In this document: positions 25,678 to 34,900 of the stretch, piece by piece
Position numbering within the stretch: the first letter of the stretch is position 1
How the letters are laid out: each line of letters begins with the position of its first letter
IMG/VR virus record: IMGVR_UViG_3300036861_000645
Span: 1-62,960 of that record
From: a virus
Taxonomy: Duplodnaviria > Caudoviricetes
DNA length: 62,960 nucleotides
Reading direction: 5' to 3' (one strand)
Made by a program: the position numbers and the translations under genes
The notes under the pieces: generated by a model
Seen by the model: the letters and a program-made list of their open reading frames with translations, nothing else
The model's database searches: none
Told to the model about the DNA's origin: nothing

Positions 25678-28563
25678 ATGGTTGTTCCAGTACTTCAAAA
25701 TTCGTTAAATGGCGGGGAGATCAGTCCGGACCTCTTTGGCCGCACCGACCTGGACAAGTATAAAAAATCCTGCAGCACAGTACGTAATTTCTTCGCGAGC
25801 TACCGGGGCCCATTGCATTCGCGTGCCGGTACAAAATTTGTGGGCCAGTGCCTTCAGCCTGGGACCGGCGCCCCCCCGGTCCTGATCCCATTCGAATTCA
25901 GTCTGAATCAAGGCATCGCCCTCGAGTTCGGCAATGGCTACATCCGTTTCGCCATCAACGGCGGCTATGTCACGGAAAGCCCAATCGCGATCACGGGCGT
26001 CTCGAACGCCGCGCCCGGCACCGTCACGGCCACGCAATCCTACGTCAATGGCGATTGGGTCTATATCGCTGATGTCGTAGGGATGCCGGCGATCGATGCG
26101 AATATCTACATCATCGCGAACCGCACCGGCACGACCTTCAATCTGCGCGATCCCCTCACCAATGCGCTCGTCGATACCACGGCGTTCGGCGCCTATGGCG
26201 GCGGCGGTACCGTGGCGCGGATTTACACGCTTGCGACGCCCTATCTCGTCGCCGATCTGCCGCTCCTGAAATGGACGCAGTCTGCCGATGTCATGACGCT
26301 GACGCATCCGAGCTATGTTCCTTATGATCTCGCGCGCATCACGAACAGCAGTTGGACGCTGACGGCCACGACCTTCGCCTCCTCGATTGCCGCGCCTGCC
26401 TCCTGCACGGGCACGTCGACCACGGCGGGCAGCTTCTATTATCAATATGTCGCGACCGCGGTGGATGCGACGACCGGCGAGGAAAGCGTGGCCTCGCCCG
26501 TCACGATCTTCACCTCGGACAATATCGGGCTCGTGCGCGGGACCATTCAAATCACCTGCGGCACCGTCGTGAATGCGGGCTCCTACAATTTCTACAAGGG
26601 GCCGATCTCCTATGCCTCGGCGCCGACCCCCGGTCCGATCTTCGGCTATGTCGGCACGGCGTTGGCGCCCAGCTTCACCGATGACAACATCGTGGCGGAT
26701 TTCACGACGGTGCCGCCGACGCATCAGAACCCGTTTCCCTCGGCGGGCAACTATCCCGGGGTGGCGGCCTATTTCCAGCAGCGCCGCTTTTATGCCGCGT
26801 CCTTCAACAATCCCGATACGTTTTGGGCCTCGCAGCCCGGCGCGTTCAAGAACATGGACACCTCCATTCCGGCGCAGGACGATGATGCGCTGATCGCGAC
26901 GCCCTGGGCCCAGCAGGTCAATGGCATTCAGGCGATGCTGCCCATGCCGGGCGGGCTCGTCATCCTGACGGGGCTCGGCGCGTGGCAATTGTCGGGCGGG
27001 CAGTCCGGCGCGGCCGTGACGCCCAGCAATCTCCTTGCGACGCCGCAGGCCTATAATGGCTGCGCCGCGGACATCAAGCCGATCACGATCAATTTCGACA
27101 TCCTCTATGTGCAGTCGCGCGGCTCGATCGTGCGCGATCTCTCCTACAATTTCTTCGTCAACATCTACACCGGCACGGATTTGACCGTGCTCTCCAACCA
27201 CCTCTTTACGGGCCATCGCATCCTGCGCTGGGATTGGGCGGAGGAGCCCTACAAGCTCGTCTGGGCGGTGCGCGAGGATGGCATTCTGCTCTGCCTGACC
27301 TATCTCAAGGAACAGGACGTCTATGCCTGGACCCGGCATGATACCAACGGCTTGTTCCAATCGGTTTGCACGATCTCCGAGCCGCCGGTCAATGCGCCCT
27401 ACTTCATCGTCAAGCGTCTCATCCAGAGCACGGGCGCCCCGGTCTGGGCTTATTTCCTCGAGCGCATGGACAACCGCATCTGGAACAGCCTGGATGAGAC
27501 ATGGTGCGTCGATGCCGGCGCGGCCTATCCCCAGCCGAAGCCCAATGCCACGCTGACGGTGTCCTCGTCGCGGGGTGTTTCGACGATCATCGCGGCGCGC
27601 ATCATCCTGCAGGGCTCGGGCTATGTCACGCCGATCGCCATCATCACGGACGCCACGGGGAACGGGGCCGTCTTGACCCTGACCCAGACCGGCGGCGCCA
27701 TCACGGGCGCGGTCCTGTCGGGCACGCTCACCGGCTACACCGCGCCCCGGGTCGCGATCGTGGACACCGGCGGGGCGGGCGTCGGCGCCGAGATCATCCT
27801 GGACGTCCAGCATCTCGCGACCTTCACGGCCTCCTCGGCCGTCTTCGGCAGTGCTCTTGCCGGCGATGTCATCCGCTTGAAGCAGGGCCGCGCTGTGCTG
27901 ACCAGCGTGACCGATACCCAGCATGTCGTGGGCAATCTGATCCGGCCCGCGACCCAGACCATTCCGAATGATCCCCTGAACACGCCCGTGCCGAATGCGC
28001 CGGGCAGCTGGAGCCTGACCCGCCCCGTCACGACGGTGCATGGCTTGGGGCATCTCGAAGGCATGACGGTCTCGATCCTCGCCGACGGCAATGTCATCAC
28101 GCCGCAGACCGTGGTGAATGGCGCCATCACCCTGCCGCAGCCCGCAACGGCCATTCTGGCGGGGCTCGGCTTCACCGCGCAGGCCCAGACGCTCTATCTC
28201 GACGTCCCGGGCGGCCCGACCATCCAGGGCCGCCGCAAGACAATCTATAATGTCTTGGCCCGAGTGGTTGACAGCGCGCGCGTTCAGCTCGGCGCCAACC
28301 AGCCGGATCAGTCCGTGCAGCCCGACCGGCAGACCGTGCCCTGGGGCGAGGCGCCCGCCGGCATCATGACCGAGGTCCAGGCGCCCATCCCCTCGCAGGA
28401 TCCGTTGCAGCCCTTTCCGCTCTACACCGGCGATCTCTTCACCAATGTGGCGGACCAGCCGGGCTTCACCCGCGGGCAGGCCGCCGCGCAGCAGATCTAT
28501 CCCTTGCCGCTCAACCTGTTGGCGCTCATTATTTGGGCCGAGGTCGGAGACGATATCGGATGA
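25678..28563 (+). CDS. Tail tubular protein B / nozzle (T7 gp12-like)
   Basis: GGEISP..GRTD, FQQRRFYA, WASQPG, AWTRH, GLGHLEG. Confidence 0.9.
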   Translation: MVVPVLQNSLNGGEISPDLFGRTDLDKYKKSCSTVRNFFASYRGPLHSRAGTKFVGQCLQPGTGAPPVLIPFEFSLNQGIALEFGNGYIRFAINGGYVTESPIAITGVSNAAPGTVTATQSYVNGDWVYIADVVGMPAIDANIYIIANRTGTTFNLRDPLTNALVDTTAFGAYGGGGTVARIYTLATPYLVADLPLLKWTQSADVMTLTHPSYVPYDLARITNSSWTLTATTFASSIAAPASCTGTSTTAGSFYYQYVATAVDATTGEESVASPVTIFTSDNIGLVRGTIQITCGTVVNAGSYNFYKGPISYASAPTPGPIFGYVGTALAPSFTDDNIVADFTTVPPTHQNPFPSAGNYPGVAAYFQQRRFYAASFNNPDTFWASQPGAFKNMDTSIPAQDDDALIATPWAQQVNGIQAMLPMPGGLVILTGLGAWQLSGGQSGAAVTPSNLLATPQAYNGCAADIKPITINFDILYVQSRGSIVRDLSYNFFVNIYTGTDLTVLSNHLFTGHRILRWDWAEEPYKLVWAVREDGILLCLTYLKEQDVYAWTRHDTNGLFQSVCTISEPPVNAPYFIVKRLIQSTGAPVWAYFLERMDNRIWNSLDETWCVDAGAAYPQPKPNATLTVSSSRGVSTIIAARIILQGSGYVTPIAIITDATGNGAVLTLTQTGGAITGAVLSGTLTGYTAPRVAIVDTGGAGVGAEIILDVQHLATFTASSAVFGSALAGDVIRLKQGRAVLTSVTDTQHVVGNLIRPATQTIPNDPLNTPVPNAPGSWSLTRPVTTVHGLGHLEGMTVSILADGNVITPQTVVNGAITLPQPATAILAGLGFTAQAQTLYLDVPGGPTIQGRRKTIYNVLARVVDSARVQLGANQPDQSVQPDRQTVPWGEAPAGIMTEVQAPIPSQDPLQPFPLYTGDLFTNVADQPGFTRGQAAAQQIYPLPLNLLALIIWAEVGDDIG

Positions 28564-29027
28564 CGAGAAAATGCACCATCGTGCCCTGTGAGCCGGCGCA
28601 TGTACGTGCGCTCCTTGCGGGATTGCGAGAAAAGGATGCCGAGGAGATCAGAGGCGATGGCATCTCGCTTCAAAAGGGTGTGTGGCGGCCATATCGAATG
28701 AGCGCTTACGCAAAGACGGCATTGGTCGACGGCGACGTCGCCGCTTGTTTTGGGACCGCCGCGAACTGCCTATCCAACAGCGCGCGGCCCTGGCTCTTGA
28801 CCACGAATGTTGTCTATCGTGCACCGCTCGCGCTTGTGAAGGCGGGTTTTCGCGAAGTCAAGATCATGACGGAGATGCACCCCTTTCTGGAGAATTACGT
28901 GCTAGCCTCCTATACGGGAGCCGTGGGTCTGTTGTCGATGTTTGGCTTTAATATTGACGAGCCGTTTCCGCACAAGCAAACGGGCGTGCTGTTCCGTCGC
29001 TTTTGGATTGATAGAAGGACGACCTAG
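28560..29027 (+). CDS. T7 gp13-like (GNAT-fold) internal virion protein
   Basis: LREKDAEE, PWLLTT, LENYV, FGF; position. Confidence 0.75.
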   Translation: MTRKCTIVPCEPAHVRALLAGLREKDAEEIRGDGISLQKGVWRPYRMSAYAKTALVDGDVAACFGTAANCLSNSARPWLLTTNVVYRAPLALVKAGFREVKIMTEMHPFLENYVLASYTGAVGLLSMFGFNIDEPFPHKQTGVLFRRFWIDRRTT

Positions 29028-29618
29028 ATGGCTACGGCAGCAGTTGCCGGAATCGTGACGGCCGTTGTCGCCGTGGTCGGTGCGGGCGTCACGGCTTATT
29101 CCGCCATTCAGCAGGGCAACGATGCCGCAGCCATGGCGCGGTATCAGGCCCAGGTCGCCGAGAACAACCAAGTCATCGCGGAGCAGAATGCGCGGCTGGC
29201 CCAGGCCTCCGGCGAGGCGAAAATCAATCAGGAGCAGCTGAAGACCCGGGCCATCGTGGGCGCCCTCAAGGCGAAGGAGGCGGCGAGCGGCATCGATGTC
29301 AACACGGGCTCGGCGGTGGACGTCCGAAGTTCCGCCGCGGAGCTCGGCGAGCTGAACGTCCTGACGACGCGCTCCAATGTGGCGCGCGAGGCCTATGGCT
29401 ATGAGACGCAGAGCCAGAATTTCGGGGACCAGTCGAAGCTTGATCAGGCCCAGGCCAGCAATGCCGAGACCTCTGGGGCCATCAGGGGTGCCAGCTCGCT
29501 TCTCAGCGGCGCGTGGTCGTATGCTCAGCAATTCGGGTTTGGCGGATCGACGCAGACCGATGAGGGCCTGAATTTTAATGCGGGGCAGCGCACGCCTCCC
29601 TCCAATGCGTTGTGGTGA
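29028..29618 (+). CDS. Ejection protein (gp14-like)
   Basis: Hydrophobic N-terminus, AASGIDVNTGSA. Confidence 0.8.
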   Translation: MATAAVAGIVTAVVAVVGAGVTAYSAIQQGNDAAAMARYQAQVAENNQVIAEQNARLAQASGEAKINQEQLKTRAIVGALKAKEAASGIDVNTGSAVDVRSSAAELGELNVLTTRSNVAREAYGYETQSQNFGDQSKLDQAQASNAETSGAIRGASSLLSGAWSYAQQFGFGGSTQTDEGLNFNAGQRTPPSNALW

Positions 29619-29621
29619 GCC

Positions 29622-31973
29622 ATGGCCGCCTTTGATCCCATCCCCGATGTCCTGCCGACCGGTCCGCCCCAGGATTATCAGCAGGTCCAGACCAATCCGC
29701 AGCAATTCGGCGCCGATGTGGCGGCGGCGACGGGCGGGCTTGGCGCAACAATCGAAGACCAGGCCTTCAAGTTCCAGCAGCTGAAGAACGAGACGGACGC
29801 CTTCAACGCGACGGCGGACGCATCGGCGAAGCTCGGACAGATCGATCTGAACTACCGCCAGCTGAAGGGCACGAAAGCCGCCGAGGCCTTGCCGAGCTAT
29901 ACGCAGAAGATCAAGGATCTGCAGGCCGAGACGGCGGGGCAGCTGCAAAGCCCTGCGGCCAAGATGCAATTCATGCGGGATTTCCGGGGCTATGCCGACC
30001 GGACCATCCTCAGCATGGGCCAGCATTCGGGCCAGCAGGCCGAAGAAGCCCATATCGGCTCTTTGGTCGCCGGGATCACGGCCGATCAGAGCGTCGCGGT
30101 GCGCACGGCGGGCGTCGCGGATATCGAGCCTCTCCTGCATGGCATCGTCGACAAGACCGTGCTGCTCGGGCAATCGCAGGGCTGGGAAAAGCCGCAGGTC
30201 GATTCGACAGTGCAAAAATATGTCGGCGACACCATGCATCAGATCGTGATGTCGCGCCTGGGTCAGAATGATGGCGCCTCGGCCAAAGCGATTTTCGACA
30301 AGGCGCTGAAGGAAAATGTTCCGGGTACGAACCTTCCGCTCCTGGACGCTCCGCATCAGGCCGCCATTGCGCAGGAGCTGCACAGCTATACCATCACGCA
30401 GGGCGGGCGCGATCTGGCGGCCGAGGCATTCTCCCATGCCGCTTCGCTGATCCAGCCGCCGAGCGGCGTGGCGAAAGCGCCTCCGGACGTGCTCGCCATC
30501 GTCGATGCCATCCACAAGCAGGAATCGGGCGGCGCGCTGACGGCACCCACGAGCGCGGCCGGCGCGGTCGGGCCGATGCAGATCAAGCCCGAGACGTTCA
30601 AGAGCTACACGCTGCCGGGCGAGACGCTCGACATCAACAGCGCGCAGGATCAGAAGATCATTGCCCAGCGCATCATCGAGGACGGTTTGCGGCGCTCGGG
30701 CGGCAATCCGGCCGGCGCGGCCGTGGCCTATATCTCCGGCGCTGGCAATGTCGCGCCGCCGGGCAGTCCCACGCCCTGGAGGGAGAATTTCATTGACCCG
30801 AGTACAGGCTTGCGCGTCTCGGACTATGTCGGACAGGTCTCGCGCAAACTCGGCATCGAGACCGCACCGACCAGCGCGCTCCGTGCCGATGCCTATGAGC
30901 ACATCAACAATTCTCTGGCCTCCGAAGAGGTGAAGCAGGCCGCGCGCGAGGCCGTCAACCAGCAATATCAGGCGACGATGATCGCCTCGGCCGCCGACGA
31001 GAAGGCGAAGAAGGACGCCAATGATCAGGCGGCGGACGGTTACATCAAGCGGCTTCATTCGCCCGATGCCAACCAGCTGAAGGGCGTCATGGACGACATC
31101 TTGAACGACCCGCATCTGACCTATGAGACACGGAATGCATTGGCCAATGCGGCGGAGCGCCAGGTCGGCAGCGACATCAAGGATGCGAGCGGGGCTTATG
31201 GGCCGGGCTTCTGGGACGCCTACAAGAAGGTGACGGCGCCGAATGGCGATCCGAACCGGATTGCGGATCCGAATGCGATCCTGACCCGCGCCGGCCCGGA
31301 CGGCGATCTCACCTTGGCCGGCGCGGAGAAGCTGCGCAGCATCCTGATGCAGAACCAGGCCAGCATCAACGATCAGGCCGTGAACACGACCAAGGTCGGG
31401 TTGCTCAATTACGCCAAGCAAAAGCTGTCATTCGATGAAGAGATGGCGGCCCCGGGATTCCCAGGCCTCAAGGATCCCAAGGGAGTGGCGGCCTTCAATG
31501 CCCAGTTCATCCCGAAATTCGAGGCGGCCTATGATGAATGGGTCAAGGCCGGAAAGAACCCGTGGGAGTTTCTGACCCAGAAAAAGGTCGATGAGATGGC
31601 CGAAGGGATTCGCCCGAAGTCAGAACTGGCGCGCGATCGCCTCTCAGCACTGGGGACCGTGCCCGAGGAGGTGCCGGGCACGCCGCTGCCGCCGGCGCCA
31701 CAGGGGGCCGAGCCTGAGGGCTGGAAGGCCGTCGTGTCCGAGCCGCCGCCGCTCGATGGTGGCGGGACCTTCAATCACGCGGCCTGGGGCAAGGCGCTCG
31801 AGGCGCTGCTGAAAGACCCGAGCCCTGAGAATTATCAGCGCTTCAACGCCTCGCAATTCGGAAAGGCAGGCTATGATGCGGCCACCTTGGTCAAGAAAAT
31901 GACGGAAAAGCCGGAGCCTTCCATCGGAGAGACCATCCATAGCGGCCTCTCGCGTCTGTTTCCGGGGTTCTGA
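29622..31973 (+). CDS. Ejection protein (gp15-like) with lytic transglycosylase domain
   Basis: QESGG...GAVGPMQIKPET...AYISGAG. Confidence 0.8.
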   Translation: MAAFDPIPDVLPTGPPQDYQQVQTNPQQFGADVAAATGGLGATIEDQAFKFQQLKNETDAFNATADASAKLGQIDLNYRQLKGTKAAEALPSYTQKIKDLQAETAGQLQSPAAKMQFMRDFRGYADRTILSMGQHSGQQAEEAHIGSLVAGITADQSVAVRTAGVADIEPLLHGIVDKTVLLGQSQGWEKPQVDSTVQKYVGDTMHQIVMSRLGQNDGASAKAIFDKALKENVPGTNLPLLDAPHQAAIAQELHSYTITQGGRDLAAEAFSHAASLIQPPSGVAKAPPDVLAIVDAIHKQESGGALTAPTSAAGAVGPMQIKPETFKSYTLPGETLDINSAQDQKIIAQRIIEDGLRRSGGNPAGAAVAYISGAGNVAPPGSPTPWRENFIDPSTGLRVSDYVGQVSRKLGIETAPTSALRADAYEHINNSLASEEVKQAAREAVNQQYQATMIASAADEKAKKDANDQAADGYIKRLHSPDANQLKGVMDDILNDPHLTYETRNALANAAERQVGSDIKDASGAYGPGFWDAYKKVTAPNGDPNRIADPNAILTRAGPDGDLTLAGAEKLRSILMQNQASINDQAVNTTKVGLLNYAKQKLSFDEEMAAPGFPGLKDPKGVAAFNAQFIPKFEAAYDEWVKAGKNPWEFLTQKKVDEMAEGIRPKSELARDRLSALGTVPEEVPGTPLPPAPQGAEPEGWKAVVSEPPPLDGGGTFNHAAWGKALEALLKDPSPENYQRFNASQFGKAGYDAATLVKKMTEKPEPSIGETIHSGLSRLFPGF

Positions 31974-34900
31974 TGGCGGATCCGGCCGAAGCCAATCCTT
32001 TCGACGCGCTGTACAAGCAGGGCAGCGAGCCCGAAGCACCGGCTGAGCCGCAGGAGCCCGCCAATCCCTTCGATGCCATCGCGGCGGAGGGTGGGGGCCA
32101 GATTGTCAGCCGGTCCTCTTTCGGCGGCGCGCTGCTGCGCTCGACGACACGAGGCGCCCTTCCAGCCTATGGAGGCTGGGCTGCGGCTGGCGCTGGGTTG
32201 GAAGCGGGTGCGGCAGCGGGGCTCTTAACCGGGCCCGCTGCGCCGATTGCCGAGCCCGTTCTTTCGATCGCCGGTGCTGTTGTTGGTGGCATTTATGGCA
32301 GCCGCGTTGTCGAGAGTGTTCAAAACTGGGCCTTGAAACAGTTGCCGGACAGCTGGACCGAAGCCTTGGGGCAATCCGATCGTCAGCAAAAGCTTGATCA
32401 GGAAACTCAGGGCACGGCCTCGTTCTTAGGAGGTATGCTCCCTTATACTCTCGCCATGCGCCCGGGCGCTGCGACGCCTTTGGCTTCATTGCCTGAAAAT
32501 CCCACGGCGTTGCATCGCCTCATGGCCAACCCCGTGACGGCGCGCCTCTTCGGCGGAGTGGTGCAGGGTGGCATGGAGCTCGGCAACGAGGTCGTGTCCG
32601 GCCAGAGCCCGGATTGGGCTCATGTGGCCATCGCCACGGGCTTTGGCCTCGTCTTCAACAAGCCCACGAAATTCGGCGAGGCGATCACAGAGATGGGTGC
32701 CCGTCCGGCGCGGGGCATTCTCGGTCGTCCCGATCCCACGCTGGCACAGGTCGCCGATGCCAAGGTGGCCGGAGCCGGCATGACGGAGAGCGTCTTCCGG
32801 GGCACGGAGGAGCCCGACCCCGCAGCCATGGCGAGTGCCCATGACACCGCAGCGACGGAAGCGGCTATGCTCGGCACGGAGACGCCCGCAGAGCCCGATC
32901 TTCACGCTGTGGCCCGGCAGATGCATCCCGAGACCTTCGCGGCTTATGACGCCCTCAGCCAGCAACGCGATACCTACCGGGAGTGGCTGAGCGATCTCGG
33001 CGGCCAACGCGATGAAGCGTTCCCCGCGCGCGAGGACGTCAAGGCGGTCTCGGACCAGATCGATACGATCCTGGATAAGGTCGGCGGCGTCGAGGACAAG
33101 CTGACGAAGAAGGCATCGGCGCGGCTGGAGGATCTCCGCAGTCAATTTGACGAGCTTCACGCCACGGCCAAAACCGATACCCCGGAGATGCAGGCGGTCC
33201 GTAAGCGCCTCATGGAAACCGACGAGCAGATGCGGGATTTGAGCCCAGAGGTCTCGGCCGCCTATCGCCGGGCTGAGGAGCGGACACGCGTGGTGGAGGA
33301 GCCGGCCGAGCCCGCCGCGGCGCCAGAGACGACCGCAGCAGAAACGCCGCCCGAATCCTTAACGGAAGGGACAGAGATCGGCCCCACAGGACGTCCGATC
33401 ACGGCGCAACGGCAGGCCATCGTTCAGGATGTCAGCCAGAAGCTCATCAAGGCTGGGCGGCCAGAGGAGGAGGCCTCGGCCGCGGCCCAGATCATCGCCG
33501 CGCGCTACGAGACCCGAGCCGCGCGCTTCGAGGGCGCCAAGGGCACGGCGGAGGAGCTTTACAGCGCTGAGGCGCCGGATATCCGGGCGGGACGCCAGAC
33601 CGCGAAGGAACGCGAACTGGAATTAGCGCAAGGTGTCACACGTGAAAAAGGCAAATCCCGCGGCAAGATCAAGCTCAGCGAGGGCCGCGCCGTCATCACC
33701 CTGATGAAGGACGCCGATGCCTCGACCGTAATCCACGAGCAGGGTCATGCCTGGCTTGAGGAATTGATGCGCGACGCCGCCGATGAGCGCGCGCCGCCCG
33801 ATCTCGTGCAGGATTCGAAGACGGTCCTCGATTGGCTCAAGGCGACGAGTGCCGAAGGGATCACGACGCGCCAGCATGAGAAATTCGCGCGCGGCTTCGA
33901 GCAGTACATGCGCGAGGGCGTGGCACCGTCAAAAGATCTGGCGGGCGTTTTCGCCCAATTCCGGGATTGGCTCACCAAGATCTACGAGACCATCAAGCGC
34001 TTGGGCGCGCCGATCAGCGAGGACATCCGCGGCGTGTTCGACCGCATGCTGGCCGTGACGCCGGAGCGGACCGTGCTGGCGCCGGAGCGCGAGACCCTCA
34101 CCCACGAGATCGCCAAGATCCATGAACTGGACGCCGCCGAGGTCGAGCCGCGCGATGCCGAGGCCGCCATGGCCCGCGTGGCGGCCGAGCAGCGGGAATA
34201 CCTCACCTCATTGCCGAAGGAGGTCCAAAATGAAATCGCAAGCCGACTCCCCGCAGAGCCCTCCGAGCCTGGAGGAGAGGCTGGCGGGGGCGAAGGAGAA
34301 ACAGGCGGTGTACGCCCAGATGAGCCAGGATCCGGGGCTCAGCCACGGCGGGGCGGTGGCGGCGCGAACGCTGCTGCGCTCGGCAAGGGCGGAGGTGAAG
34401 CTGGGCGAGAAGGCGCTGGCGCATCAAAAGGCCCAGACCTCGCCCCCGGCTTCACCCGCGGACCCAACAGCCCTTTCCCCGCTGGAGAGTCCGCCCTCAT
34501 CGACCGCGCCGGAAACATCCGCATTGAAAATCTGACGGACCAGACGGAGATCGGCGACGCCATCCGGGATTCGGCGGCGCGCAACAATGATTTCCAGGGT
34601 GCGCGCGGCGGTATGACCAAAGGCCAGATGATGGATCTGGCTGATGCCATGGGGGTCAGCGTCGATACCCTGAACGAGCGGAAACTGGCCCAGGTCTTCG
34701 GGGGCACGGAAAATCTGGGCGCCCGCATCCTGGCGGCGCGGAAGCTCCTCATCGAATCGGCGGGCACCGTCTCCAACGCCATGAAGGCGGCGGCCGAGAG
34801 CGGCAGCGATGCCGATGCGGCCCAACTCGCCGTCGCCATCACGCGGCACGACATGATCCAATCTCATGTCGCGGGCGTCACGGCGGAATGGGGCCGGGCG

